Origin: Candidatus Bathyarchaeota archaeon
GTDB lineage: Archaea > Thermoproteota > Bathyarchaeia > Bathyarchaeales > Bathycorpusculaceae
DNA length: 64,000 nucleotides
Assembly (NCBI GenBank): GCA_963827165.1
Contig: CAWGZR010000004.1
Location: 32,001-96,000, forward strand
Reading direction: 5' to 3'
Shown: positions 10,034 through 20,672 of the stretch, in pieces
Layout of the letters: each line of letters starts with the position of its first letter
Position numbering within the stretch: the stretch's first letter is position 1
Made by a program: the position numbers and the translations under genes
Notes under the pieces: model-generated
Databases searched by the model: none
Seen by the model: only the letters and a program-made list of their open reading frames with translations
What the model was told of the DNA's origin: nothing

Positions 10034-11836
10034 GTGCACATGCAAAAGAGAAAAAATATAAACTTGCTATTTAGGTTCTTGAGTAAAAGTGCTACTCCGC
10101 TCAAGATTATACCTTCAATTTTATTGTTTTTATTGCTTTTTGCAGCGTTGTTAACGCCGCTGAATGCTGCGCTTAGTCCAGCTAGGGATTTGACTGGAAC
10201 ATGGCAAAGCGCTTTATCTGAAAAGTACTATGAAATGGATCCTTCTGACCCAAACACGCGGATGAATGATGTAAGCGTAACATATACTATGATTATAACT
10301 CAAAGCGGTAACTCGATAAATATAGTATTGAACGTTGAAGAGTCAAGTTGGGTCACTGATAGTGCATACTGGAATGAGTACGGCATGTCTGGTGTTCCTC
10401 CAGTTGGATTTAATCAAATTGGGCTTTCTGGAACGGTTTCAAGCGCAAGTTTTGCCGCTGACGAGCAAGGCGCAAGCACAGGAAACGCGGAACATTTAGC
10501 TGGAACATTTACCACCGACATCATAACAGCAACCCTTACGGGTCCATACGAAACAACCGATACCAATGGCTTAATCGTGTTGCGGTCAGGCTCATCAGCC
10601 ACTATGCCGCCCACAGCAACTTCAGCCCCGACTCCCACACCCACACCAGCGCCTGCCCTGCCAACATCAGACAATTTAGGCAGCGTTTCACTAGTTCAAG
10701 GTTCAGCGTGGTTTGCAGACACTGGCGCAGCAGTCACCACTCAAAGCACAGTGGGCACAGGTGCAGAAATCAAAACGGGCAGCGATAGCAATACAATCGT
10801 AGGTTTCAATTATCCCGATCAAGTCGGAACAGTGTACTTAGGTGCAAACTCCGATGCAGGATGGGTGTATATTGAGCCGCAAACTGACCCAATAACTGGA
10901 AACACAAGTTATGCTGTAGTCCCACCACCTTCAGGTTCTTTTCAATATAGCGAGGGGATAGACCCTTGTGAGTTTGGTCAAGCCGGATTGCAGCTTTCAA
11001 TAGAAGTAGGCATAGGACTTGGGGTTATGCTGGTTACCGGAGCGCCATTATCCTTAGGAGGCGCATTGGTTGTGGAGGGAACAATATTGCTGGGAACAGG
11101 CATCGCATATATACATGAGCAGTTTTCTCCGCAAGAAGGAACCTATGACGTGAGACCTGTTCAGGTGCCACAAGGATTAGTTATGGGTAATGGAACCGAT
11201 GATTATGTCGTGACCGTTTCCAATGAATCGACAACAATCCAAGTCATAGACGGCTCAGTTATATTCGTCGATCAATACACCAACAATACGATAACCGTGC
11301 AAGCGAATCAGATGCTGATGCTTCCCTCTGGAGTACCAACGGGCTTCAGCAACCTTGACCTCCAATCTCACTTATCCGCCTATGATGCATCTTCAATGAA
11401 CCAATGGTGGATACCAACCGCTACTGCTGCACCATTGATTGCCACCGCGTCGCCGACAAATCCAGTGACAAATCCGGCAACTAGCAACAACTCGAATCTT
11501 CTGTTTCAACCTAATTTTTTGGCGCCTCTCATTATGGTAATAGCCTTCGTGCTAGCCGGGATATTCCTCACCGTACGAAGAAAACAAACCCGAAAGCCTC
11601 GCATATCAAGCAAAAAGACAGCTGATCAAAGTGGCCCGCAACAAATCACGAATGAACCCCAGAAACCAACAATGCAAACCACCGAAACAATACCTCCGCC
11701 GCCTAACGAACTAAATACTACTCAATCGAAGGCTGTCTTCTGTCCCAACTGCGGAAATCAACTTCGAAACGCCTCAAAGTTCTGCCCATCTTGCGGCTCA
11801 GACCTAAGCCAATGGTTCACAAATGCCAAAAAATAG
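10034..11836 (+). CDS. Secreted/membrane protein with PT linker, TM and C-terminal double zinc ribbon
   Basis: Signal peptide, TM near residue 500, CPNCG...CPSCG at the C-terminus. Confidence 0.75.
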   Translation: MHMQKRKNINLLFRFLSKSATPLKIIPSILLFLLLFAALLTPLNAALSPARDLTGTWQSALSEKYYEMDPSDPNTRMNDVSVTYTMIITQSGNSINIVLNVEESSWVTDSAYWNEYGMSGVPPVGFNQIGLSGTVSSASFAADEQGASTGNAEHLAGTFTTDIITATLTGPYETTDTNGLIVLRSGSSATMPPTATSAPTPTPTPAPALPTSDNLGSVSLVQGSAWFADTGAAVTTQSTVGTGAEIKTGSDSNTIVGFNYPDQVGTVYLGANSDAGWVYIEPQTDPITGNTSYAVVPPPSGSFQYSEGIDPCEFGQAGLQLSIEVGIGLGVMLVTGAPLSLGGALVVEGTILLGTGIAYIHEQFSPQEGTYDVRPVQVPQGLVMGNGTDDYVVTVSNESTTIQVIDGSVIFVDQYTNNTITVQANQMLMLPSGVPTGFSNLDLQSHLSAYDASSMNQWWIPTATAAPLIATASPTNPVTNPATSNNSNLLFQPNFLAPLIMVIAFVLAGIFLTVRRKQTRKPRISSKKTADQSGPQQITNEPQKPTMQTTETIPPPPNELNTTQSKAVFCPNCGNQLRNASKFCPSCGSDLSQWFTNAKK

Positions 11837-11950
11837 CCATTACCTCGCTACGTTCCCTTTTTCTTTATTATGTGGATAACCAGATAAAAAATGCAATAAA
11901 AAAATTCGTTGATCTTTCCGGTCCATTTTTGCTCTTTAACCATTGGCTTG

Positions 11951-12367
11951 TTAGGGACATCTAATTTGATCTTTGTATATTGTGCGCTCAAGCTTTTTGG
12001 ATAGTTTTGTATCGAGTGTTAGGAACTGCAGATCTAATTTATTTGCAAGTGCTATGAAAGCAGCATCGTACACAGTGATGTTCAACTCTAACGCTTTGTT
12101 CAATGCATCAACTATGACCTCAGAGAAACTATGAACCGCGTAAAGATTCATCATTTTTTCAGCTTGTTCGAAGGCCTCAGTAGCATCCTTTGTGTCGAAT
12201 TCGCCGGATACTTTATGCGTTATAGCATTGGCTACTTCATAGAAGCTTAAGTCCAATATGTGGAAATACTCATACTCTTGTATAATTTTTGATGCCCATT
12301 CAGAGTACTTCTCAAGCGTAACTAATGAGGCGATTACAGATGAGTCAACGACGACTTCAATGGCCAT
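11951..12367 (-). CDS. vapC: VapC/PIN toxin
   Basis: VVVDSSV, YEVANA, TVYDAAF, LTLD. Confidence 0.88.
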   Translation of the reverse strand: MAIEVVVDSSVIASLVTLEKYSEWASKIIQEYEYFHILDLSFYEVANAITHKVSGEFDTKDATEAFEQAEKMMNLYAVHSFSEVIVDALNKALELNITVYDAAFIALANKLDLQFLTLDTKLSKKLERTIYKDQIRCP

Positions 12368-12590
12368 GGTCTCGATCTTCTCTGGTTATATCTGATGAGG
12401 ACTTTGTGATTCCGGTTTTTTTGCCCAACTTGTTCCTAAACAACTCAGTTTCCTTTATGACCTGCTTTAATTTCTCCGCCTTAACCCTTCTTTCAAGATA
12501 TTCTCTGACATCTTCTGCATAATTTACATTCAATTCTCGAAGTTCATCTTTGAGTTTCTTGGGAACTCTGATGGCTATTACATCGCTCAT
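12357..12590 (-). CDS. VapB-type antitoxin
   Basis: MSDVIAIRVPKKLKDEL...; overlaps vapC. Confidence 0.8.
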   Translation of the reverse strand: MSDVIAIRVPKKLKDELRELNVNYAEDVREYLERRVKAEKLKQVIKETELFRNKLGKKTGITKSSSDITREDRDHGH

Positions 12591-12779
12591 AATTAACATT
12601 TTAGTAAACAAATTATTAAACACATTGTTAACAAAAAAGTAAACTTGACGAACTCTTCAAAAACAATTCCGCGAGCATGTTTGCAATTTGCGTGGTTGAA
12701 TTAAGCTTAGAAATAGGGATTTAATTTGTTTGGATATAAAGCTTATATTTTCCACAATGGGAATTTTTATGGTGGGAAA

Positions 12780-13034
12780 ATGAGCATAGAAGATGTAACT
12801 ATTGACCGCAAAGGGCGGATTCAAATACCAAAAGCGGTTCGAGACAAAGTCGGTTTACAAGTTGGAGGAAAAGCTCGCCTGAAAATAGAGAGAGAAAACA
12901 TAGTTATCATGCCGCCAATTTCACCTGAACAATTCATTCAGGAAATGGAAGGCTGCATTAAGGAAGGCACACCCACCATGGATTCACTGAAGCTAAAGAA
13001 AATGTGGGAACTTACAGAAAAACAAAGTGAATGA
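12780..13034 (+). CDS. AbrB/MazE/SpoVT antitoxin
   Basis: IDRKGRIQIPKAVRDKVGL. Confidence 0.85.
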   Translation: MSIEDVTIDRKGRIQIPKAVRDKVGLQVGGKARLKIERENIVIMPPISPEQFIQEMEGCIKEGTPTMDSLKLKKMWELTEKQSE

Positions 13035-13197
13035 ATGCTATTCGTTGATTCCGACATATGGTGCTAACTTTGATCAGCACCTTTCTGAACACATGCCTGT
13101 CCGGGCGCCATGCGGGAAATCATTAAATCCGAAGAAATAGTCTGCAACTCTGTTATTGTGATGGAAGTGGCGCATTACCTTATTAGGCATTTCACAG
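13035..13197 (+). pseudogene. Broken, truncated PIN toxin
   Basis: MLFVDSDIWC* then EIVCNSVIVMEVAHYLIRHFT, cut off at the ~110-bp repeat. Confidence 0.7.
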
Positions 13198-13306
13198 CTC
13201 GGTAAAAATAGGTTTTCTCGACAAGTTCCCAAACCTTATGGTGAATTGCACGGTTATTACACATGATACATATGTACAAAAAAGGTTGCAATCTTGCTTT
13301 CAAGAA
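13198..13306. repeat. ~110-bp dispersed repeat, copy 1
   Basis: ctcgg...ggtgaattgca...gatacatatgtacaaaaaaggttgcaatcttgctttcaagaa, matches 14316-14428. Confidence 0.9.
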
Positions 13307-13515
13307 TTTCCTCTTAAAACGATTAAATCGGGTCTTCATTTCGTGAGTTAATTTCAGGAAATTTTTGCCTTAGGTATTGCGTCTTGCCATTTTTTTTCTT
13401 CGTTTATTTGACTGTTTCTTTTGCTTAGTTGCCTCTCATCTTTCGCCAAATGGTGCTACTAATTGGTGGGAAAGTATAAATTTAAGTTGGATAATCTTAC
13501 TTATTGGTGTCCAAG

Positions 13516-13767
13516 ATGGCTCGCAAAAATGTTGGCCAAAAAGGTCAGTTAGTTATTCCTAAGCAATTAAGGGATGCGATAGGGCTTAAGCCCGGTGTCG
13601 AAGTAATTTTAGAAATCAGGGGTGACGAAATAGTCATAAGCAAGCCAAAAATCGAGGGCAGTTACACAGAATATTACACCACAACACACACCCCAAAACT
13701 GAAAAAAGTTGTCAACCTCAAAGAAATAATTACTGAAGAGGTATCCCAAAGACATGCAATACCTTGA
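13516..13767 (+). CDS. AbrB/MazE antitoxin
   Basis: VGQKGQLVIPKQLRDAIGLKPG. Confidence 0.88.
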   Translation: MARKNVGQKGQLVIPKQLRDAIGLKPGVEVILEIRGDEIVISKPKIEGSYTEYYTTTHTPKLKKVVNLKEIITEEVSQRHAIP

Positions 13768-14164
13768 TTCTAACGTATTTCTGTACTCCGCATTATACTC
13801 GCCTACTTCAGAACCAAAAGCAAAGAGAGCAAAGGAAATGCTCCAAAAAATAGAAAATGGCGAGATAACTGCAGCGACGTCTACCTTGACATGGGATGAA
13901 GTTGTTTGGGTAGCAACCAAACTGTTAGGCAGAGCTGACGGAATAGCCCAAGGACAAAAACTACTTGGTTTCCCAAATATAGAATTTATAAATGTAGATG
14001 AAGGAATAATCGCTCAAGCTCAAGCACTTATGGCGAAATACAAACTTAGCCCACGCGATTCAATCCACGTTGCATCAGCACTTAGCAAAAAAACCAAAAC
14101 AATAGTAAGCGACGATGAAGACTTTGATCAGATTAAAGAAATCAAGAGAATACCACTAAAATAG
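13754..14164 (+). CDS. vapC: VapC/PIN toxin
   Basis: YLDSNV, TWDEV, PRDSIH, SDDEDFD. Confidence 0.9.
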   Translation: MQYLDSNVFLYSALYSPTSEPKAKRAKEMLQKIENGEITAATSTLTWDEVVWVATKLLGRADGIAQGQKLLGFPNIEFINVDEGIIAQAQALMAKYKLSPRDSIHVASALSKKTKTIVSDDEDFDQIKEIKRIPLK

Positions 14165-14315
14165 GGCCACCGTGACTTAATCCTTGTTTTAACTATAGGC
14201 AGCTATCAGTTTCCAACAAAATGGAGTTGGCAAGCAACTAAGCCTAATTAGGCACTGAGAGGGAAAGGCAATTATTCTCATAGATAGAGCTTTACTTTAA
14301 GCTTTTACAAAATCA

Positions 14316-14428
14316 CTCGGGAAAATCCTGGTTTTTCTCGGCAAGTTCCCAACCTTTATTGGTGAATTGCATGGTGATTACATATGATACATATGTACAA
14401 AAAAGGGTTGCAATCTTGCTTTCAAGAA
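14316..14428. repeat. ~110-bp dispersed repeat, copy 2
   Basis: Direct repeat of 13198-13306. Confidence 0.9.
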
Positions 14429-14571
14429 CCAGAAAACTCGTTTTCATAATAAGCAGCGTAACTTCTGCACCATTTGGGCACACAATTGGATCGGAATTTT
14501 ACCCTGCCTTTTTCTCTACGTCATATGGCAAGTTTAAATGAGTGAATGTCCCACTATGTACTGGTGGGATA

Positions 14572-14814
14572 ATGGATATTACGCTAAAAATAGATGCAAA
14601 AGGCAGACTTTGCATTCCAGCAGACATAAGGGAAGAAATCGGAGACACGGCCACGCTTAAAAAAACATCCGAAGGCTACCTTATAATCCCCGGCAAACAA
14701 GAAAATTTTCTGAAAGAATTCCAGAAAATCATCGAATCAAAACACAAGAGAACAGGAAAACCGGAAAACTGGTCTCCAGAAAAAATGAAGTCAATCTGGA
14801 GCCAAACTGAATGA
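14572..14814 (+). CDS. AbrB/MazE antitoxin
   Basis: KIDAKGRLCIPADIREEIG. Confidence 0.85.
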   Translation: MDITLKIDAKGRLCIPADIREEIGDTATLKKTSEGYLIIPGKQENFLKEFQKIIESKHKRTGKPENWSPEKMKSIWSQTE

Positions 14815-15245
14815 TTTTTGGCCTAGATACCAACATAATTTGCTATGCCTTGGATGAAGAATACCCTGAACATAAAAAAGCGAGCAATTTGCTCTTAAAT
14901 TTATCCGCTGAAAACAAAATTGCCCTAAACCCAACCACAATCCATGAAACATATCATACGCTTGTTTTTGGGCAAAAATGGATCCAACAAGACGCTGCTG
15001 AAACACTAAGAATGCTGCTAAAGCATCCGTACATTAAATTTCTAAATCAGACATTGCGAATCACAACAATTGCTCTGACCCTGTCTGTCAAACATGGGCT
15101 CGGCGGAAGAGATGCACTCATAATTGCCAACTTCTTAGTAAATGAGGTACCCATCATGTATACTCACGATAGGGAAATCTTGAATATTCAAAAAATCTCG
15201 TGGAAAAACTTCAATTTAACATTCAATGATCCCCTAATAAAGTGA
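14811..15245 (+). CDS. vapC: VapC/PIN toxin
   Basis: GLDTNI, IHETYH, GRDALI, THD; ATGA coupling to the antitoxin. Confidence 0.88.
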   Translation: MIFGLDTNIICYALDEEYPEHKKASNLLLNLSAENKIALNPTTIHETYHTLVFGQKWIQQDAAETLRMLLKHPYIKFLNQTLRITTIALTLSVKHGLGGRDALIIANFLVNEVPIMYTHDREILNIQKISWKNFNLTFNDPLIK

Positions 15246-15361
15246 ATCGATACACCAAGCTAGAGACTGTTCTAGCTTCTCGTCCATTTTCTGTTTTTCT
15301 TTTTTGCATAATGCGGGAAAGCTTTTATTTTTCATTACTCATCTTTCATTCGTGATGTAAC

Positions 15362-15598
15362 ATGAAGGTCGTACAAACAACCCTTACAGAAGCGGAACAC
15401 AAACTCCTCGAAGAATACGCAAAAAGAAACTCAAAGAGCATCAAGGAAGTTCTACGTGAAGCTATCAAGAATACAGTCGAAGGCAACGTCAACCCGAATG
15501 ACCCTATTTTTACAAGCCCACCCAGTTCCAGACGAACCGGAAAAATAGATCATGGCTCAGAAGAACATGACAAGTTTCTGTATGGTGAAAATACTTGA
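15362..15598 (+). CDS. RHH/CopG antitoxin
   Basis: VVQTTL...SIKEVLREAI...SEEHDKFLYG. Confidence 0.8.
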   Translation: MKVVQTTLTEAEHKLLEEYAKRNSKSIKEVLREAIKNTVEGNVNPNDPIFTSPPSSRRTGKIDHGSEEHDKFLYGENT

Positions 15599-15999
15599 TA
15601 TTTGTAGATACAAGTGCATGGTACGCCCTCGAAGTAGAAGATGATGTGAATCATGAAACGGCATACAAGTTCCTTTCCACGTTAGCCTCGGGAAAACACG
15701 GTATTTCCGTAACAACCGATTATATACTTGACGAAACGCTCACTTTGTTAAGGTCAAGAAGAACCCTTTCTGCAGCCTCCGCCTTTATGGATAAGATAAA
15801 GAAAAGCAAGAGTGTTCGCGTATTCTGGGTAGAAGAAGACTTATTTGAAAAAGCACTCGACATGTTCAAACGATCTGATCTCAAATCGTGGAGTTTCACA
15901 AACTGCACAAGTTTTGCCTTGATGAAAGATCTTTTAATCCCTAACGCATTCACATTTGACAGCCACTTTAGGCAAGCTGGCATTCAAATGCTCCCTTGA
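15595..15999 (+). CDS. vapC: VapC/PIN toxin (VapC20-like)
   Basis: IFVDTSAWYA, ILDETLT, SFTNCTSF (Asp replaced by Asn), FTFDSHF. Confidence 0.88.
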   Translation: MIFVDTSAWYALEVEDDVNHETAYKFLSTLASGKHGISVTTDYILDETLTLLRSRRTLSAASAFMDKIKKSKSVRVFWVEEDLFEKALDMFKRSDLKSWSFTNCTSFALMKDLLIPNAFTFDSHFRQAGIQMLP

Positions 16000-16017
16000 C
16001 GCCAACCTTTCCCGTAG

Positions 16018-16041
16018 AAAAAAATTGCAATCTTGCTTTCG
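16018..16041. repeat. Partial third copy of the TA-spacer repeat
   Basis: aaaaaaattgcaatcttgctttcg ~20 bp after a vapC stop. Confidence 0.6.
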
Positions 16042-16226
16042 AAAAAATAAATCCTCTTATTGTGAGTAATCCGGTCTACCCACGCACTTTTCGTAAGAAC
16101 TCATTTGCCTCCTGCATTGGTTTTTTGCCTCGCCGATCCCACCATTGATGTCATCAGGTCTCGGATGCTTGTCGTATTGACTGTAAACTAATCCAAAACC
16201 GAAGAGCAAACCAAAGCACAAGTCGA

Positions 16227-16655
16227 TCAGTTATTTGATTGTTTTTCATTGGCTTGCCCGTAGCTGAAGAATGTGAAAAATGATATGATTGGGTACAGCC
16301 ACATCATGATTATCCAGTAGGCTTCTGGGAATCTTAAGCCGAGGTTTAGCACGTCTGAAACATCATCTACGCTGAGGAGGAAAAGAGCAACCAGATAGAT
16401 CGTCAAGGGCAGCAACCCCTTTGTATCACTCTCGGGGTTTTCTTTGTTTTTTGCTTGGCCGTAAGCGAAGAAAATCAGGATCGAGGCTAACGGGTAGATG
16501 ACGTCCATTATGGGCCAGAGGCGTAGTCCAAATATTGTGTCCAAGTTGCCGATGTTTGGTCCTGTGTGGTTGTCACCAAAAGTCAGGAGTATCACGAGTG
16601 CCCCGAACAGGAAAATTAATGCTTCAGTTTTGAATTTTAGCTGCATCTTGAACAC
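16227..16655 (-). CDS. Hypothetical membrane protein with internal duplication
   Basis: Two YP..S...FF.YGQA repeats, about four TMs. Confidence 0.65.
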   Translation of the reverse strand: MFKMQLKFKTEALIFLFGALVILLTFGDNHTGPNIGNLDTIFGLRLWPIMDVIYPLASILIFFAYGQAKNKENPESDTKGLLPLTIYLVALFLLSVDDVSDVLNLGLRFPEAYWIIMMWLYPIISFFTFFSYGQANEKQSNN

Positions 16656-16831
16656 CTCCGAATTGCAGATTTACAGCGTTGCTCTAAGCAATCTACTTTT
16701 CGATAGAAAATGGATTTTATCCAACGCAAAAGGACGACGTGCGCCATATCCTATGAAGCGAAAAACAAACTTTGAATCTTACCCCAAATGTAATCCAAGT
16801 GAACATAACGACGAATTTCTGGCACGTCGTG

Positions 16832-17020
16832 TCATCTATTGTCTCTTGCAAAATCTTCTTTTCGAGCTTCTTTGAGCAATTGCCGAGCAGTTCTACCATT
16901 GGCGACCTTCTTAAAAGATCCAAACAACTCAGCGGGAGTTGGAACTGCTTTGACGACAAGACCGCATTCATTTTCTTCGAAGATTACTTTGTCTTTAATG
17001 TTAAGGAATGTGGAGAAAAG
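16832..17020 (-). pseudogene. 3' remnant of an AbrB-type antitoxin
   Basis: FLNIKDKVIFEENECGLVVKAVPTPAELFGSFKKVANGRTARQLLKEARKED...*, with no start and no toxin. Confidence 0.55.
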
Positions 17021-17254
17021 CAGTAAAAGGACACTTTTCGGCTTTATCTGCTATTCAAATTCTGATTTCAACTTTTTTTTTACAGATGTTAGATCTTGTT
17101 TGCCTCTTGGTTGCCGATGTGCAGCATGGTGAAGTTTTAGGAATTTGCACGGCAAGTGTTTCAAGGGAAAGGATATGTCGGGTTCGTTATATTCTGTTTT
17201 TGGAAATAAGGCTTTTTAAAATATCTTACGATTCAATATTCTAAGGTTATAGCA

Positions 17255-17497
17255 TTGAGTGGATATATCTCGAAAAGTAAAGTAATCAATAAAACCGCTG
17301 GGTTGCCTATAATCAAATGTTCCTGCGGCTACAAGATACTTCTTCTGCCAAGCGTTAAGGCGATGAGCCAAGCAATAGAAGCTCATGTTGAAACACACAC
17401 ATTAAAGATAAAGAACGCGTCAGAAGCTCAGAGGGAATCAGATCGGCTTCGCACCAATCTTATTGAGCAAGTGTTCAATCTTGCCGAGAGACTGTAG
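17255..17497 (+). CDS. Small hypothetical Zn-binding protein
   Basis: IKCSCG...IEAHVETH (CxC...HxxxH). Confidence 0.6.
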   Translation: MSGYISKSKVINKTAGLPIIKCSCGYKILLLPSVKAMSQAIEAHVETHTLKIKNASEAQRESDRLRTNLIEQVFNLAERL

Positions 17498-17529
17498 AAA
17501 ACTGTCCCTCACTGGGTAGTTACGTAAAC

Positions 17530-18145
17530 TTAATGGCCGAATGGGTAAGTACTGATCCCTGTTAGGATGTATTGGATTGCAATTCCAGCTATTAGTAGTG
17601 CCATTACTCTTGCTATAACGATTGCACCTGTTTTTCCCAGAAAATGGTCAATTTGGTTGATGAATCTCAGTATTATCCATGTTAAAGACATAACTACAAC
17701 AACCGCGAGGACTGCGATTGAAAGGGCGATTTCCAATCCGCTAATTTTGAAGTATGTTTGGAAGGTAACCATGGTTGTGGTGATTGCTCCAGGTCCTACT
17801 AGAAGCGGGATGGCTATGGGCACAGCGCCTATGCTTTCGGGAGATTCAACGTTCTCGCGGGCTCCGGAAATCAAGATTCTAATTGCAATAATCAAGAGCA
17901 ATAATCCTCCTGCAATCTCAAAACTTTGAAGAGATAATCCGAAAGCGGTTAGAATTGCGGACCCAGCGAATGCGAAAACAAGCAGGAGAATCATTCCGAC
18001 AAGTACTGCGGTGTTGTAAACTCTCTTTTATTTTTGCCTCGGGAACATTTTGGGTTAGGCCCAAGAATATCGGGATGTTTCCGAATGGATCTACTATTAT
18101 GAATAAGGCTATGATTGCTCTGAACAGGTCGGTGAGGTAATCCAA
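17530..18145 (-). CDS. marC: MarC-family membrane protein, frameshifted near 18030
   Basis: IVDPFGNIPIF in one frame and AVPIAIPLLVGPGAIT in the other; pseudogene or sequencing indel. Confidence 0.8.
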
Positions 18146-18316
18146 ATTGACGTTCTCCGCAGGCAGTTTAGTTTAGATGCAGATTCAATAAAAGGTTAGC
18201 GCCTCCTTTGAAGTTAAAGAATCACAAGATCTTGGCAAAGCGGATGCGTCAAAATGTGAAAGATCAAACCGAACCATTTTTGGTTGAGCTTCAAAAAAAA
18301 GTAGGTTAGGCGGTTA

Positions 18317-20374
18317 TTAGGTAACCGTCACGCTAATTGTTGTTGTGTGTTTGAGTCCGTGTGTGCTGTCAGTTCCGGTTATTGTTATGGTGTATGTGCC
18401 TGCTGCGGTTGTTCTGCTTGTCATGAACATCAGAGTTGAAGATGATCCGGCTTTCACTGGGTTAGTGTTGAAGGTGGCTGTCATTCCGCTTGGCATTCCA
18501 GTGGCAGAGAGGGTCGGTGAACCTGTGTAGCCTCCGATTGAGTTGACAGTTATCCTTGAGGTTCCTAAAGATCCAGGTCTGATGCTTAGGCTTGTTGGAT
18601 TGGCGGTTAAGCCGAAGTCAGCGGTTGTAATAGTTACGCCGACGGTTGTGGTGTGGCTTGCTGAACTGCCTGTGCCTGTGACTGTTATTGTTCCGCTTGC
18701 TGCTCCTGTCGTTGCCGTGAGTGTAAGGGTTGATGTTGCGGATGTTGTTCCTGAAGGTATTGATACGGTGGCTGGGTTGAAAGTTGCCGTTACGCCTGAG
18801 GGTAGGTTTGAGGCTGTTAGGCTAACTGACCCGGTAAATCCATCTTTAGCGGTTATCGTCATGGTTGAGGTTGCTCCTTGGCCTCCGATGGGTACATTCA
18901 CGCTGGTTGGCGATGCTGAGACCAAGAAGTCTGGATTAGTAACCGTTATTGTGAATGTCGTTGTGTGAACGGTTGAGCCGGCTGTTCCTGTCACAGTGAC
19001 GGTGTCTGTTGTATCGGCTGTTCCTGATGGGACTGTTATAGATATAGTTGCGGTTCCTGGTGGTGTAACTGCAGTCGAACTTGGAAGTGTCGCAAAATTG
19101 TCAGAGTCTGACACGCCGAGTGTTACTGGGGTGTTGTATCCGTCAAGCGATGCAACTGTTACCGTGTTGGAGCTTCCCGTCGTTCCTGCTGGAATTATTA
19201 CCGAAGATGCTGACAATGAGAAGTCAGGGGTGCTTACTGGTTGGAAGTTTGCGGTTCGGGGGCTGCCTATGCCTGTGACTAAGTCATAGCCTGGTCCTGC
19301 TGAGTGACCGTTTGAGCCGCTTGTTACATCGTAGATTTCAGTTGTGTAGGCTGACGACGCTGCGGTTGCGTATAGGTTGGGGTTGTTTGCTGTTGCTCCG
19401 AGGGCTTGGATTGCGGCCCACTGTGGTGCTCCCGCGCTTGTGCCTCCTACGTCCCACCAACCTGCTTGGCCGTTGTAAGGTGTGCTGTCGTAGACGTAAA
19501 CTCCGGTGTTTGGATCTGCATCGTAGGCAACATCTGGAACTGCCCGGTGAGTTGTTTGGAGTTGTGTGTTTAAGCCAAAGCTTGTCTGGTAGGTCGGCAT
19601 AGCTTCGTAGGCGCTAACGCCTCCTCCGCTGTCACTCCACGCTGTCTCTGAAACGAAGGTGTTGCCGCTCATGGTCAGGGTGGTTCCTCCGACGCTTACG
19701 ATGTTAGGCGACGTCGCCGGCCAAAGTAACTGAGCCGCGGTGTCACCTGCTGAGGCGAAGAAAGATATTGGTGCTGTAGCTGTGCTTGGTGTCGTAAAGT
19801 AGCTGTCGTATGAGCTTTCTGTGGAGAATTCGCTTCCTCCCCAACTCATCGAGACTGCCACGACGCCTGGCTGACTTGCAGCGTACTGGACGGCTGAGAG
19901 AAGGTTGCCAAGTGAGCTTGATGTGGCTTCAACGAGCAAAATGCTTGCGTAGGGAGCGATTGTGTGTGCCCACTCTACGTCGAGTGATATTTCAATTGCC
20001 CAATCGGCGTTGTTAGAGACAGAGCTTGACATTTTGTGCACAGTCAAAGTTGCAGCGGGTAAACCGAAGTTGGTGCAAAATGTTGATAGGTCGCTTGCTA
20101 TGGTGGGGTCGTTGTAGGCGTCGACGATGGCTATTGTTTTTCCAGCTCCGCCGTTTGTTGATGCGAGGTTGTATGCGCTTAGGATTTGGGTCGGAGTCAA
20201 CGGGTCAGGTCCAGCTTGGGCTAACGGCCGTGCTTCGAAGAGGGTTTGTGCGTTCCAGTTTACTGGTGCTGCTTTGACAGTGGATAGCGTTCCCAATTCT
20301 GGTATGGCTAAAAGGCAGACTAATGCTGTAAGAATTATAGCTAGTCCTATTTTGTTTTTAAGGAATCTGGTCAT
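18317..20374 (-). CDS. Secreted S53 (sedolisin/kumamolisin-like) peptidase with three Ig-like repeats
   Basis: EISLDVE, ASAGD, RAVPDV, GGTSAGAP, GYDLVTGIGSP. Confidence 0.88.
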   Translation of the reverse strand: MTRFLKNKIGLAIILTALVCLLAIPELGTLSTVKAAPVNWNAQTLFEARPLAQAGPDPLTPTQILSAYNLASTNGGAGKTIAIVDAYNDPTIASDLSTFCTNFGLPAATLTVHKMSSSVSNNADWAIEISLDVEWAHTIAPYASILLVEATSSSLGNLLSAVQYAASQPGVVAVSMSWGGSEFSTESSYDSYFTTPSTATAPISFFASAGDTAAQLLWPATSPNIVSVGGTTLTMSGNTFVSETAWSDSGGGVSAYEAMPTYQTSFGLNTQLQTTHRAVPDVAYDADPNTGVYVYDSTPYNGQAGWWDVGGTSAGAPQWAAIQALGATANNPNLYATAASSAYTTEIYDVTSGSNGHSAGPGYDLVTGIGSPRTANFQPVSTPDFSLSASSVIIPAGTTGSSNTVTVASLDGYNTPVTLGVSDSDNFATLPSSTAVTPPGTATISITVPSGTADTTDTVTVTGTAGSTVHTTTFTITVTNPDFLVSASPTSVNVPIGGQGATSTMTITAKDGFTGSVSLTASNLPSGVTATFNPATVSIPSGTTSATSTLTLTATTGAASGTITVTGTGSSASHTTTVGVTITTADFGLTANPTSLSIRPGSLGTSRITVNSIGGYTGSPTLSATGMPSGMTATFNTNPVKAGSSSTLMFMTSRTTAAGTYTITITGTDSTHGLKHTTTISVTVT

Positions 20375-20539
20375 GAATTCCTTTCACCTGTTATTTTTTG
20401 CTTAACGTTCTCTTGATTACCTTGCTTAATAAGATTTTCTGCGATGTTAAAAACACCGTTATAACACTAATTATATTGAAGCGTGCGACCAGCATCCCGA
20501 GGACCCTAACTTTAGCGATGGTTCCAACGTGCAGTGGCT

Positions 20540-20670
20540 CGGCATGGTGCCGTTATCGGGCTTCATGAGCGTTTCTTTCAGAGTTTTCACAATTCGTGAT
20601 ACTTTACTTCATCTGTTAGTCGTTTCTCTTTTTAAAGAAACGCCTTTGAGAATCTCGCCGTGTAGGGCAT
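20540..20670 (-). pseudogene. Decayed RelE/ParE-like toxin
   Basis: MPYTARFSKAFL*KEKRLTDEVK begins 3 bp after the partner's stop; has stops and frameshifts. Confidence 0.55.
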
Positions 20671-20672
20671 GT

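Noticed and set aside
14359-14541. 60-aa ORF inside the TA-spacer repeat
   Set aside because: Runs out of the repeat into unrelated sequence, and indels between copies argue against coding
18345-20405. Many antisense and alternative-frame ORFs over long genes (also at 1214, 39547, 53642)
   Set aside because: Shadow ORFs caused by codon bias of the real genes
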